From the NCBI RefSeq assembly GCF_009834535.1, contig NC_045697.1, positions 62,808,001 to 62,872,000 on the forward strand: DNA of 64,000 bases. Reading direction: 5' to 3'. A program made the position numbers and the translations under genes. The notes below the pieces were generated by a model. It saw nothing but the letters and a program-made list of their open reading frames with translations, was not told the DNA's origin and did no database searches. The stretch is from Camelus ferus (taxonomy: Eukaryota). Positions 35,849 to 50,230 of this stretch are shown one piece after another; within the stretch, counting starts at the first letter, position 1, and every line of letters begins with the position of its first letter.

Positions 35849-38059
35849 TTTTTTGCCCTGTTTAAATCTTACTTTGACCTCGGGATTCACCCTCCCTGTG
35901 TTTCTAGGCAACTCCCCGCATTTCCTCAGGAGCCTCTCATACAGCTGTCATTTACCCAGCAACCAAGATGGGTCCAGGGGCAGACAAATGGCGTTTGCAG
36001 TACCTGAGCACCAGCCAAGACCTAATTGTCTCTCCCCAGGTCTCGTTGGCAGGAACCTTCATTCATTTCTCCAGCACACATCCTTTTCTACAAAGAAAGC
36101 CTCAATGCAGGATGTCACCTTCTCATTACCCGACAGCTTGGCGCTGTGCGGGAGCCTCTGAGCGTCAGCCTGAGGATGTGTGGCCTTGTGAGTGACAGAA
36201 ATGCTTTGGTCTTGAACTTTCATGATTCTGCTTCTCCTTTTGCAGCTCCCTTCTTCTCTTTCCCTTTCCCCTTGCCCTCACCCGCCGCCTCATCCTCCTC
36301 CTTCTTCCTCTTCTCCTGTTGGTTTTCTAACTGCCTGGGTTTTCTCTATTTACCTCTGCTGTCCGCTTCTTTCGCTTTCGCCGCCATCTCTGTTGCTCTC
36401 TCCCATGTCCTGCTTTTCCCGTCCACTCTCCATTTCTTACACACGTTTCCATGAACCATCATTTAAAGAAGGCACAGTTTATAAAATCCTGCTGTTTCTT
36501 TTTTCCTATTCAATTTTTTTGCGCAGTGTTTTCTAAGTTCCAGGAATAATCCAAAATACTCCCTAGGAAATACTGTATTTTCAATGAAATTTATTTTCAT
36601 TCGATACAGAACTGTGAGGCAGGCCTAAGTCATATTTACTTTTTGAAAGTATTACTACTAATGTGCTGTTCAGCAGGATTGTATAACTGTCTAAATTAAT
36701 TGAACAGACATTTGGGTAGTATATTTCAAAGAAATAATTTAACCTCATTATTTACAAATTGCATCCAGTTTAAGCATAGATTTTACTTATTTAGGCGAAA
36801 TATTTGTCTTGTGCAAAAAAATATATGAGATGACCAAAAAAAAAAAAAAGCTGTATCTAGACACCTTTATAATCAAGTAATATGAAAATAATACACAACT
36901 AAATAAAATGATTTGTAATAGGGGATGAAGTAATCCTTGCAGTAAATTAGCTGCTATACAAAAAAAGTCCCAGTCAAAAAATTTCTTCCTAAACATCAGG
37001 AGCCTTCTGAACATACAGAGCTTACGTTATTGAAAATCAGTACATTTCAATTGATGAAGATTAAGCATGATGAATGCTGATTGTCTCAGATGAAATCACA
37101 TGTGTTGACAGAACATCTGTTTCAGCCTCCCTTCTTATTATTTTATTGCAAATTTACAACCTACTGCAACTAAAATAACGTGATTAAAATTACAGATATT
37201 TTGAATAAAAGATAATTTATAGACCTCTCTAAATAATCAGACCTATTTTGCAAACGCCTGAAATTTTAAAAAAGAAAAGATTTCTGAAACCCTATATGTG
37301 TTGCTTTTCATTACAAGGCAACAGTGGTATTCAGTGTCTACATTCAGACATAGCTAGTATAGGGGGAAAAAAAAACAGAAACAGAAATCTTCAGTACTCA
37401 CTTATTTGTCATATTTATCAAAGCTATTACACAGAGAGTTACTTTTCACAGAGAGAATTATTTTCACAGAGTTTTTTTTTTCTTGTTTGTAATGGACTAG
37501 CCCAATGGCCAACATATAGTAGGTATTTATTTAGTATTTGTTTACTGGGTGCTTCACTTGAAAAATAAACATCTGAGTAAAGTGTTTCAAAGGACATGTT
37601 TGAGATGTGCACAAATGTATCACATTGCCTCAGAAAGCACCTAAAATTACTTCAAACAGAAAAATGCCATAAAGATTTGCATAATTTACACATGCAGATA
37701 TGTGAAATAGTAAGTATAATATTTAATGTTTATGAAAACAATCTCCCTCATATAACTGGAGTTCCCTGTATGTCTGTTCTGTGTAACAAATCTATGGAAC
37801 TGGGTCAACTCCAAATTCAAGGCTATAAAAATCATTGGTAAACTACGGCTTTACTATTTGCATGTTGCTAACGAAAAGTTCTCATTTTATTATTTATTTG
37901 CCTTAAATCAAATTTTCTGACCAGAGTTAATCACAGATTTAAGTGCCAAGATGATTAGGATTTCCTTTGTTAACAAGACCTGAAATCAGTTTTCAGTTGG
38001 TCAAACCCAGAGGTCTCATCTACTTTACCTAAGAGGCAGTCTGTTGAGGGGGTTGATGT

Positions 38060-38255
38060 TATGGGCCTGTATTACTGAGTTCAAACTCCAGTCATGAGCC
38101 GTTGGACTCTTGTTCCTCATTTTCTTTATCTGTAAATAGATATAAAAATAATTCCTGCTTACTAGGATTTTTATAGAGATTAAATATGATGGTGCATGTA
38201 AAACATTAAACATAATGATTAGCTTGTAGCAAATGCTCAGTAAATGGTTGGCTAG
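38060..38255. mobile_element. MIR fragment
   Basis: cctcattttctttatctgtaaatagatataaaa...ggatttttatagagattaaatatgat. Confidence 0.6.
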
Positions 38256-38784
38256 GACTGTGATGCTAGAAAGAAGATTGCAAAGGGTAAAGGGAAAGCA
38301 CAGAAAAGGGGAGGAGACAAACAGCAAGCTCTCAACTACTGCTTATTGTTGGATTCAAGTTTTAACAAAGAAAATGAAAAGCAACGAAATGAAAAGGATT
38401 AGTAGAGTAATAAAGCATGTGAAAATGGATAGCACAAAAGATACCATGTTGCCAGAATTAACTTGCACAGTCATCATGAGACAGAGTGAAAAACTGAAAG
38501 AGAAATAAATAGGTACAAAGAAAGCCTTGCACACTGGATTGCATACCTCTGAAATAAAATGTATTCTTAGCCTGAGGTAATACATCAGTGTTTGGGGAAA
38601 GACATAGGAAATGAGTGTGTGTGAAGAAGAAAATGCAACAGGAAATTATTCGTAGAACTTCAAACGCTGTATTAATTCACCTTTCTTTATGTCATAGTGA
38701 CACAAACCTCGCAGTGGTACTACAAAAGGATACGAAAAAAATTATTGCCAAATGAAAAAGAATTTCTCACATAAGTAAATTTTT

Positions 38785-38831
38785 AAATTGATATATAATT
38801 GACATATAACATTATATTAGCTTCAAGGGCG
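38785..38831 (-). mobile_element. Short L1 3' tip with TSD
   Basis: aattgatatataattgacatataacattatattagcttcaagg. TSD taa(g/a)taaattttt at 38772-38784 and 38832-38844. Confidence 0.7.
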
Positions 38832-39221
38832 TAAATAAATTTTTTAATACATTTTTAGTCTGGTTATTGGCCTTTTAAAATCCGTTTTACCATAGTATTC
38901 ATTCCTTTTTTAAGCATTATATTAACCATAACTGTCAAAATAACAGATCACATTGAACATGTAGAATAAACTATTGAACTTCACAATCTATTCTAATACA
39001 TCAAAACTGCATGAAAATTAAGAAAATCATTTTATATTGCTAAAAATTGTTTGGTTTAGCAGTGGTAAGATGCTTCACTAAAATTTCTTGATTTATCTAA
39101 AGTAAGAATTTTTAAATGGTGGATTAAATATATTTCCTCCTGCTCTAGCACACTAGAAAAGACACTAAAGAAAAAGCAGAGTGGAACAATTAACTGAAAG
39201 GTTTTATTAAAAATGTGGAAT

Positions 39222-39450
39222 GCATAGTGGTTATAAGCAAGATTACTTAGCTCAAATCCTGGCTCTGCTACTTACTTGCTGTGTGACCTTAGGTTAGTTA
39301 CTTAATCTCTCTGAGCCTCAGTTACATCTTTTGTAAAATTAGTGGTAATAATATTTACGTCAAAAGGTTGGTGCAGAGATTAAACTAATAGACATACAGC
39401 ATTTAGAATACTAACTGGGGCATAATCAGTACTCTTGAGGTATTCACTAT
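39222..39450. mobile_element. MIR, near full length
   Basis: tcaaatcctggctctgctacttacttgctgtgtgaccttaggttagttacttaatctctctgagcctcagtt. Confidence 0.85.
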
Positions 39451-41484
39451 TGGGGTTTCTGGAATTTCACTTAAAAGTGATGACAAAAAATAATTGAAAT
39501 AATCTCAAAGTTAAAAAAGTGATAAAAAAAAAACTTTCTGTGCATCAGTACAGTGTTGCTCAGAGCTGTACACCTCAATTTATTATCTAACAAAATATTT
39601 GTTCCTAATCTCAAAGAGATTCTGAGATTCTCAGAAAATTCATAAGGTGAGACTTGACAACATATTAACAAAAGATACAGTTTCTTTTGTCATATACATA
39701 TACATCTGAGAAGTTGAAATATTGAAAAAAAACACTGAGAGAAAATTTTGCAATCTGGATTGCCCGTTTTATGTTTATGTATTATTAACCTCTAGGAAAG
39801 CAGACATTCTGTGTTTTGGGAAAATGCTGGATACTCAAAATGAGAGGAAGATGTAATAGGAAATTATTTTCTGAAATTCAGAATTCCACTTTATGCTGTT
39901 GTATAAAGCAAGTAAAACTCTTGTTTCATTTAGAGTTGAAAATAATAACATAGACATGAACTATAATGTGAATGTTTATACCTTTAAAATATTTTTATTA
40001 TATACCTCTGATTTTGAGGAAAGACAATATTTGTTTGTTTGTTCACTTACTGTATCAGAATGTTAGGGAAAAAATTCAACTTTATATCAAATATGAGTGA
40101 GAAGGATCAAATAACTTGCTAGATGTAGCAGTGTGAATCTCACACCGCGAATGCAGGTGTCAGATCCATTTCCCTTTCTCCTAGTATTGGTTCCCCTCAA
40201 GCTAAACCTAACTTCTGAACTCATGATTCTATACAAGGTGCACAAAACCCTGGGAAATGTAACTCAGTCTCTCCTCTCACTCCTCATACCCCATCTTCTT
40301 CCCTCTTAGGTCTGCTTCTCTTGTGGACAGAGCTCCCCACGCAGAGTCCTTTCTAAATCATTGGGAATAAAACTTTCTCCAGTTACTTTGGTTTAGTTAT
40401 TTGATTTGTCATGAATTGAGAGACAAAACAAAGAGAAAATGTCCAATCAGAGGATGTCAAGATTATTCCAAAAAATCTGTTTGTATGTTATACTAGGCTA
40501 TCATAGCTCTTAAGCCACACAATGGACTTCACAGTTAATTCTCTTAAAAAAAAAATAATACATCAGCACATATCTGCTTTTATACTGAAGAGAACATAAT
40601 AGCATCATACAAAAAATTACTAAAAAGTAATTCTCTTGTTGATTTTTAAAATTACTTAATTAATTTTACAATTAAAAATCCTCAAAATATTAAAAAGCTG
40701 AAGGGGAAGAAGATAGTAACTATGCTATTACATTTTATAGCCTTTGAACTTCCAGAAACTCTGATGCTATCAGATGTAAGCTTTTCACTTATCTGGGGTT
40801 TATTTTCTCTGGGAGGAATCAGTCAGCGTTACCCGCACAGGTTAGATCCAGTTACATTAATAGTAGAAATTGAAAGAGAAGAATATTTCATAGATGCTGG
40901 TCTGAGGATTATCCTGCCTGTGGATACTTTATTGGACCAGGGGTTAACTACGTAATGAGAAGCCCATTCTATTTTGAGGCACATATATTATTCCCAATAT
41001 TGAGGTAAAACACATTTTCTTGTTATTCTCACAAGTTAGTTTAGTCCTGTCGTGTAGAGTCATGTAGACGATAGTGTCTGTGTTCTTGCTGCTGCTTGTC
41101 AAAGCCTCTTTTAGATTCTCACACCCAGAAGGGAATGCTGTGCTCCAAGGACCAATTCAAACACCATATGGTAGGATGCTCAGGAGCTGTGCCTAACAGG
41201 AATTGTCAGAGGTGTCAGGTTTTTGACATTGAGATTGTTAATGTCCACCCCTCAACACTTACAGTTTCCTGGAAGTGTCACTCAAGTATCATTTCAGATA
41301 GGACTGTAGGCATCTTTCCCCACTGTTGTAGCAGCTGAGACCCAAAATGAATTTAGAGCCATTTCACCTTAGGATATTCTATAAATGAGAATGCAACACT
41401 GAACTAAATTAATGAGAAACTTATAAACTATAATCAAACTCTATTAATTATGTTGTTAGGTACATAATTAGCATAAGAGGTATC

Positions 41485-41839
41485 ATTATCGGCTGAATTG
41501 TGCCCCCCTCCAAATTCATATGTTGCAGTCATAACCCTCAGTACCTTAAAATGTATTTGGAGATAAGCTCTTTCAGAGGTGAGTAAGTTAAAATGAGATC
41601 TTCAGGGTGGACCTTAATCCACTGACTGATGTCTTTAAAATAAGAGAAGCACATGCCCGGAGGAAAGACCACATGAGGACGCAGCAAGAAGGGGGCCGAC
41701 TGCAAGCCTATAGGAGAGACCTCAGATGAAACCGAACCTGAGAACATCTTGATCTTAGACTTCATGCCTCCAGATGAAATAAATTTCTCATGCTTAAGTA
41801 TGTGAAATTTTGTCATGACAGCCCTAGCAAACTAATACA
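41485..41839 (+). mobile_element. MaLR LTR (MLT1B-like)
   Basis: ggctgaattgtgccccc...ccaaattcatatgttg at the start; cagccctagcaaactaataca at the end. Confidence 0.88.
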
Positions 41840-42065
41840 TGTATGTTATATACAATTTTTCATATAATTATTATATAACCATATACATGTGCATATTAAT
41901 TACATATAACACATATACATTAATATATAATAATCAACATATAAATATAAACATTAATATTTATATTACATATTTAGTTATATATCATTAAAAGGGTTTG
42001 ATAACATTAAATATATGTCTATATCATTTATATCTTATTTCTATCTATAAATAGATAGATATAGA
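41840..42065. repeat. AT-rich low-complexity (TA)-like region
   Basis: Degenerate TATA/TACA runs. Confidence 0.7.
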
Positions 42066-43460
42066 TCAACAGGGTGAATTCCCTTGGAAGAAACAATATT
42101 AAGATCAATATAATTGACTTATGTCAGCAAGTAAATTTTTAGAAGTTTTTGTCTATATTGGAAAACACTAACTGTGAACTGAAAAAAAAATAGAATGCAG
42201 AGATCATTCCTCATAGATAGCTTGTGGGGAATATAATTCTACTTTGCTACCAAGCAATTTGGCTTCTCTAGCCAAGCACATTTTAAAAAGTTCTGACAAC
42301 ACACTTACAGAATTGCCTCCAACCTAACAACCTTAATGAGAAATTTCTGTTTGTGTTTTGATCGTCCCACAGCATGGTGGTGGCCTCTTTCAAAGGACTG
42401 TACCAATCATTTGCTCATGTATGCTGGTAACAGCATGTTGCCAACTTCCACACTGTTGGACCTGTCTATTTGACACACTTGATCATGGGTCCTCACATTC
42501 TTACAGAGCATATGCTTTTCCTTAAATAAGGCTTATGCTTTGCTCATGCAGTATATACTGTATATATGTGACACCTTACTGTTAATATTGCCGAGCATTT
42601 CCCCATTCATTTTAAACATTCCATTAAGACCCATGTGATTTAATTCTTGAGTAAAGGTGACTCCAGAATTGTTAAAATCTAATTTATATTTTCCTTCCAA
42701 GACTATCACTCTGAAGTACAGTTTCAGTTGACATTATTATGTTGATAATATATGAGTTTATTTTTCACCTCTCAAACAGCAGTTTAAAAATTGATTAAGT
42801 ACCTGAGTGTCATTTTTTAAGTAAAATTGTGGGGATCACTCCATAACCTGAATGGTGCTTTATAATTCTCATTTTCATATGAATTGTATTTATTCCACAG
42901 CTACAGGGACATTTTGATTCATATATTTAGTGACAGCAGGAAACTTCACTGGATTGTACTACAGTGCAGGTTTAAAATATTTTGGTACTTTATTTCTTTA
43001 AAATCTTACAAAAGTGAGATCTTAGAATAACATATTAAGGGATCTTATATACAATAACAATTTAAAACTCAAAATGAGCCTACCAGCTAGGCAGTATTGC
43101 CCCTATTTTACATAAGAAGTTATTGAGAGACTCATAAATTTTAGACTATTCACTAATCTGAACTAGATGTCAGGGAAAAGATGAATCATGTCTGATGCCA
43201 AAATCCACTCTTTTACCTACTATGCTACACTAATACATAACTCTCATTAAAATAATTGTGAATCAATTCTGTTTGGGCTCTGCATCTGAAGATTCATTAT
43301 TTTAAGGTTGATGTTATTTAATAAACCAGGTTTTTCTAAACCGTTATTTAAATTTATACAACTGGTTGATTTTGTGATTAAAATCAAGTATTTAAAATGG
43401 TTATATAAGCCTGATCATAATAGAAAAAAATCTGATATTTTGATATTAAAATTAATGTTT

Positions 43461-44705
43461 GGAAAGTGTTCCCAAGATGGTGATGTAGAAAGACCCTGAG
43501 TTCACCTCCTCTCACGGGTACAGCAAAATTACAGCCATTTACAGAACAACTATTGATGAAAAAGGCCAGAACCTACCAGAAAAGATCTTCTAAACTAAGG
43601 ATATAAAGAAGGAACCACAGGGAGATGAGTAGGAGGGGCAGAGTCAAAGTACAGTCAAGACCCTTGGGCAGGTGACCCACAAATAAAAGAATAATTACAA
43701 TTGCAGAGGTCCTCCTCAAGGAGCCAGGGGTCTGAGCTCTACATCAGGCTCCCCAGCCTGGTGGTCCTGCACCAGGAAGATGGGCCCCCACAATGTTTGG
43801 CTTTGAAGATCAGTGGGGCTTGCTTTAGGGAGACCAAGAGGGCTGTGGGAAATACAGACTCCACTCTTAAAGGGTACACACAAGATCTCACACGCTCCAG
43901 GACCCCTGGCAGAAGCATAATTTGATAGGAGCCTGGGACAGACCTACCTGCTGACCTTGGAGAGTCTCCCCCAGAGACAGGCCACTGGAGCTCACCCCAG
44001 GGACACAGACGCTGGTGGCAGCCATCTGGGGGAGCTCGTTCTACCACATAGATGCTGGTATTGGCATACACCATTTTGGAGTTGTCCCTCCAGCTTATTG
44101 GCCACAGGACCCAGCCCCACCTCCGGACACCAGCCCCAGGACCACCACAACTCCACATCCTGCTAAAGCAGAACCCAGCCCAGCCACCAGCAGGCCAACA
44201 CCAGCCATTGGGCTGGATGGGCCCTGACCACACCCACCAATAGATCAACGAAAGCTTCTGGACATCCCAAACCCCACAGCTAGCTGTGCCAGGAACTACC
44301 CCCATCCCACCAGTGGTCTGACACCAGTTCTGGGACCCCAGGATCCTGCAGCCAGGGCCCAGGATGCAGCTCTGCCTGCCAATGGGCCAGCACCAGCCCC
44401 AGAACCTGGCTTCACCCACCTGTGGGCGGACATCAACTGTAGGATCTCTTGGATTCTGACTCTACCAACCAATGTGCCAGCACTAGCCCTGGGACCCACT
44501 CCCCCCATCCCTGGGGTTTTGCAGCAACCACTTTGTGACCCAGCCCCTCCAACCAGTGGCTGGCAGCCTCCACACAAAGCAGAGTCTGGCAACCAACAGG
44601 ACTAGGGGCCAGCCATGCCTTCTGGACCACCCACAGTAGTCAGCCCACTACAACAGAAGGCCTCACGCAGTCCACAAGGGGGTACCTCTAAAGGATATTC
44701 TGGAG
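43461..44705 (+). mobile_element. Isolated L1 5' UTR-like element, about 1.24 kb, with no ORF1/ORF2
   Basis: Starts ...ttcccaagatggtgatgtagaaagaccctgagttcacctcctctcac, resembling the L1 head at 9420-9496. GC-rich CCAGC sub-repeats; abrupt return to AT-rich DNA. Confidence 0.75.
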
Positions 44706-45779
44706 AACAAAATCATAAAGTGAGACTCAGAATATGTTATTTGTTAAGCTCATTTTTCAGACAAAGTATGGTGGGGCTGAACACATTAGTAAGTGGAAAA
44801 TTTCTTCAATAGGTATTTACAAATGAGAGTTCCAAACAGCCTTAGGGCTGACCCATATATTTTGACGATATGACAATATTATCTCTTCATCCCTCCCTGT
44901 GACAACTTTGAGTGTCTGTCAAGTAAACAACTTGAATTTGAATGTTTTCCTCTTATATTATACAGTTTTTCACCTAATTGGACTGATGTGACACTTGGAA
45001 AAGTTTGCAGTGATGATTGACAACAGCAATTTTATCATTCCAGCACCCTCTGTGGTATGATGTAATCATCCAAGACATTGTTTTTATCTTTATTTCTCCC
45101 TTTGGCTAGGAAACCTCATGTGTGAAACAAATATACAAATAAAATGGAACATAGTGTATTGATGTGTTTGTTAAAAATGGTTTGGAAGCGTGAAAACCCT
45201 GCTCTCCTTCCTTGCTCCTTCAACAGGAAGGATCTTGTACACACAATGCTTATTTCTATCTCTTCAGGTGACCAAGGGAAATAATGTTTAATTATCTGAA
45301 TGATTAATGCACTGACACACTGTTGTATACCACTGTTTTCAAACACTGTTTCTTTAAAGGAAGAAAACTTTCTGGAACCCTCAGGAAGATTGTCCACACT
45401 TCGCAGTTGAGAAACTAATTGAAGACACTAAATTCTTAATCTAACAAAACATTTTAAATTATGGATTTCACTATAAATGATAAATTTCACCTGTATAACT
45501 CTTAAAAACAATTTTTAGGGTTATCATCCAAATAAAAACACAAAATTCATGATTTCATTTTGAATTTTTGGTTCTCAGTTTCTATAATTCATGGACCTCT
45601 AGTTTGCCTACACAAAATCAGAAAATTCTGCTTCTAATTTAATGTGAGATTTCCTCAGCAAGAGGCTGGCACCTGGCTTCAGCCCTGTGTGTTATTAGGT
45701 AAGTCTTAGCAGTTCACGTCAACTCTGCATCTTTTCCCTCATCAAAAATGACAGTTACATTTGATGATCTCTGAGGACG

Positions 45780-46152
45780 TGTGGTAAGTCAAACGATGCT
45801 CCTCTCCCCCAGACATAACCCCTGGAATCCATATGGCAGATGTGCTTAAGGTAAGGATCCTGAGATTGGGAGATTGTGTTGGACTATCTGCTGGGCCCTA
45901 AATGTAATCACAGTGTCTTTACAAGAAGGAGGCAGAGGGATATTTGATACAGAAGAGGAAAAGGCAGTGAGACCATGGAGTGATGCAGCCACAAGCGAGG
46001 AACGCCAGAGCCCTTCCAAGGAACAGATCCTTCCCTAAAGTCTCTAGATGGAGCATGGCCCTGCTGACACATTATTTTGGCCCATAATACTGATTTTAGA
46101 CTCCTGACCTCCAGAACTGTGACAATAATTTTCTGTTTTTGAAAGCCACTAA
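45780..46152 (+). mobile_element. MaLR LTR (MLT1C/D-like)
   Basis: gggccctaaatgtaatcacagtgtctttacaagaaggaggcagagggat; gactcctgacctccagaactgtga. Confidence 0.8.
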
Positions 46153-46159
46153 TTTCAAA

Positions 46160-46670
46160 CCATTCTCCACAAGGCAGCTAAGCTGATCTCTAGATAAGTT
46201 TAGTTGCTTGCTTAAACATTCTAAATATATCTTTATAAATGAAATCTATGCCTAATCTAGCACCTTTCTTTTTCTCCAGACTCATCTCAAACTCTCCATC
46301 ACATGCCTAATTCACACTCAAGATTTTCCTCAGTTTCTCTAAAATGTCAAGTTTTCCCTGCCTTAGTTTCCTAATCGACATTTCTTTCTGCACAGAACAT
46401 TCCTACAACCCCACCTCCAGCTATTCCCATGTATGGCTTTTTATTCTGATTTCAACTTACATTTTACCTCTTTAGAGAAATTGTCCCTGACCACCCAAGG
46501 AAGGAAGAAACCTCCCCCGTTATTCTGTCAGTTACCCTGCTTGCTTCCTTCTTAGCGCTTTCCAGAAATTACTCCATTATTCTATTTATGTGCTTATTAT
46601 TTATCCGTTTCCCTTACTAGACTGAAAGTTCTATGACTTACAGGGGTTAGACCTCATTAGTCTTTGTTCA
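46160..46670. mobile_element. L2 fragment
   Basis: ctccacaaggcagc...ctgcacagaacattcct...tagactgaaagttctatga. Confidence 0.55.
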
Positions 46671-48772
46671 GGTTTTGTTTTTATTGTATTTTCCTTTCAT
46701 TTTTATTAAAATTTTACATGTACAGAAATTTTAAAAAGAACTAAGTGCATTAAGTTTGATAACGATGAAGCAGCAATCCCTGGATGCCTTTCCCACATTC
46801 CTCCTTCTCATGGGTATGATGTTCACCACTTCTAGCTGATTACTGTGGCATTTAACTTCATGATTTTCATAAACATGTCTGTATTCCTACTTTTTGATAT
46901 TTCAGTTTTAGCAATCATTTGATCACTTGCTACTGTGGAAGATGAGCCCCACAAATACACAACCCTCCCATCACAAAACCTCCCAATAGAGCTGTGTCAT
47001 TTGTTTGATTAGATCAATATTTTTGTTTACATTATGTTGATTATGCAAATGTTAGGTACAGATGCGTTTTCTCTGGAGTTAATCATTTGTTTGCTTAGTT
47101 TTCACTGTATTCTTTACTAATTGAATCCCAAATCCTTTGCCAATTATTTAAATCTCCTAAATGATCAGATTTATGAGTCATTCTGTCAGTTTCTTTTTTT
47201 TTGACTCCAAGTCTTGTCTCATTGTCCTCTTGGCCTGATGCACAGCTGCCATCCAGGGACTCTTTGAACTTCCATACTGGAGATTTCTTCCATGTCTTTC
47301 CAAACAGAATCTATTCAGTGTTTTCCTCTTTCTTGTCTTAGTCCTTTGTTTCAATGGATCAAATTCTCCAGCATTTGTAGAAAGAATGCAAGGGGCGTAA
47401 TTCCTTGCTGCCCTGCATGACTAATGTATCTTTATTCTATCCTCATCCTTGATTGAGTGTGGTTTAGTTTTAAATTCTCAATTTAAAACAACTACCCTTC
47501 AGCAGTCTTAGCATGTGACCCATGATCTTGTTGGCTCTCAACGTGACCACGAAGAAATTCAAAGTTGTTTTGACCCTTAAGCTTTATTAGTGTCCCTCCT
47601 TTTTTTGGTTTTCTTTTCCTCTCTGGAAGCTTACAGAAGTTTCTCTTTCCAGAGTGTTCTGCATATTCACTATGTATCTAAGTATGAACTTCTTTGTTTC
47701 CATTAATCCGGGCACTCTATGAAAAGAAAGGAGGGATAAAGGTAGCTGAGTTGGCAAAACTGAGTAATAAAAAGAGAATAGGATAAGGCTATTATGGATA
47801 TTGGCAAGAAAGAAGCTGGGCAGTCGAAGAGGATGTGGTGCATAGAGGATAGTATGGATACTTTCCAGAATTATTAGTCAAAGTTGTGTGCTGCTGGTGG
47901 GGTGAGGAAAGGGAGCAGGGAGGCAGAAGGACTTAGACCTCTCCAAAAGTACACATTCTGTGTTGAATCATGGGACTCACAACTAAATCACAGCACAGGT
48001 GGGCAGCAAGTAATGTCATTTGTAATTTCCTGGTCTCTACTAATTTGCGGAAAGAGCAGCAGTCTCTGATGCTTGCAGAAGATAGATGTCTTAGGACTCC
48101 ATAGGGGTAGATGTTGGTCAGCTCCTGAATTCCTAATTAGTACACAGTTGTCTCAATAGGCCACTTGATACATTATCACACAAGCAGCTACAGTAAACTC
48201 AATTTTTGTCTTCCTCCAGCCCCTATGGAGATGCTAGAATGAATTCTTCCTGGTGGCTGTAATTAGATCGATGAATGCAGTCCTTACCTCTTATGGCTGT
48301 AATTAATTATGTTTTGTCTGGTCGTTTCCCAAGGATGAGTTTTGAAGTCATGTGTGCCTAGATGAAGATATAGCTGGCAGATGTTTTGCAAGGTTAATAA
48401 TAAAAAATTAGGGAGAGGGACCAATAATATGTGATCCCTGACCTAGTCTGATGAGAATAGGAAAGAAAACAAAACGAACAAACAAAAACAACCTTAAAAA
48501 CCCAAACTGTACAGAATGCCCCGAACCCAACAGAAAGAATTGAATGAGACATAGGCTGTTTTTAATTCTGAATTTCATGATCTCTTTCAGCCTACTAAAG
48601 TACAAATTACTTCACTAGAAGTAATTTACTAAATGCATTCTGGAGGAATCCCTGAGTCCATGTATTACTGAAAATACCCAATTTGTTCCTTTCTTGTAGT
48701 AACAGGCCCAACAAATTATATAGAAATAGGGAAACAAGAAATGTCATTAAATATATTGAACTAGTTGAAGTA

Positions 48773-48940
48773 ACGGTTTTCAAACTGTGTTCCAAGGTCA
48801 GAGGCTACTTGCAGAAGGGCAAAGGAGAGGCAGCTTCAAAGCGATCAACTCCAGTTTTATCTGTTTTCTATATTGAGCTTCTACATGAGATTAAGTTTAA
48901 AAACGGAACTCTGCTCTAAATAAATCAGAAAATCATTGGT
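48773..48940. mobile_element. Possible hAT-Charlie MITE remnant
   Basis: Degenerate TIR-like ends acggttttcaaactgtg / agaaaatcattg. Confidence 0.4.
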
Positions 48941-49552
48941 CTTCTAAGGAGAGAAAAAAGAAACATCTTTAAAATACACACACAGCTATGTTCAAGTATA
49001 CTATATAGCATATCAAAACCATAATGTTTTAAACTTCTGTAGCTATCATTTAAGAATATTCTCATATACCTGATTTAATAATTTTGAAATAAAAAGGAAG
49101 TAAGAAAAGGAAAAACTGTGGGAAGGAAAAAGGGAAGCAGACATGATGGACTGGATTCTAGTTCCAATTTTATTCAACTTTTAAGTAAATTATTCTTTGA
49201 CAATTACCCTTAAAGTCTATGACTACATGCAAATAGATTTAAAATAGATGCATGATTATTTCTTTTTATTCAAAAAGCTAATGTTGCATTAAAAAAAATT
49301 GCCCCAGAAGGATGAATCAAGTGACACTAAAATATAACTAGAATATACTAGGTACTCTATGAATATTTGTTAAATAAATAAATGATGAATAAATTTTCTG
49401 AAGTTATAAAACTATAATTTCATCTGTTCATGCAAATGTGAGATGATTATTAAAGCTTTATGAAAATATGTATTTCATCACATTGTCAGGAAAAATTTTA
49501 CCTTTCTCTTGGATCGCCAAAAAAGACTTACTTGGTTCTCTCCCTTTGAAAC

Positions 49553-50230
49553 AAAATTAAGGTGAAATTCACTTAACATAAAATTAACCAGGTAAAAATG
49601 TGAACGATTCAGGAGCACTTAGTACATTCACAATGTAGTACAACACCAATATGTATCTGATTTCAAAACATTTTTGTCACCCCAAAGAAAACCCTCGTAC
49701 CCACTAAGAAATCATACTCTCCTCAGCCCCTGGCAACCACCAATTTGCTTTCTGACTCTGTATTTATCTATTTTGAATATTTCATATAAATGGAATCATG
49801 CTAAAATGTGACTTTTTGCATCTGGCTTATTTTACTTAGTGTAATATTTTTGAGGTTCATCCATGTTGTAGCATAGATCAGTACTTTATTTCTTTTTTAA
49901 CTAAAAATATTCCATCGTATGTATATGTATCCATTGTATTTATACATCCATCTGTTGATGGACATTTGGACTGTTTCCACCTTAAGCTATTATAAACAGA
50001 GTTGCTGTGAACATTTATTTACAAGTATTTCCTTTGGTACCTGTTTTCAATTTTCGAGCATATGCCTAGGAATGCAATTGCTGGGTCATACAGTAATTCT
50101 ATTTTTAAGTTTTTGAGGAACTGCCAAACAGTTTATCACAGTGACTGCACCATTTTACATTCCCCCCAGCAAAGTACGAGGTTTCCAATTTCTCCATAAT
50201 CTCACAAACACCTGTTATTTTCCATTTGGT
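49553..50230 (-). mobile_element. L1MB-like 3' fragment
   Basis: ctcagcccctggcaaccaccaatttgctttctg; gaggaactgccaaacagtttatcacagtgactgcaccattttacattccccccagc. Confidence 0.85.

Noticed and set aside
35823..36536. Overlapping 100-140 aa ORFs
   Set aside because: Low-complexity pyrimidine-rich DNA; no domain or exon structure.
40722..40955. Protein-like 77-aa ORF (RLDPVTLIVEIEREEYFIDAG...)
   Set aside because: No recognisable family, partner exons or retrocopy hallmarks; consistent with chance.
43701..44812. Cluster of overlapping ORFs up to 226 aa
   Set aside because: They arise from the GC-rich, stop-poor L1 5' UTR-like sequence and show no recognisable protein similarity.
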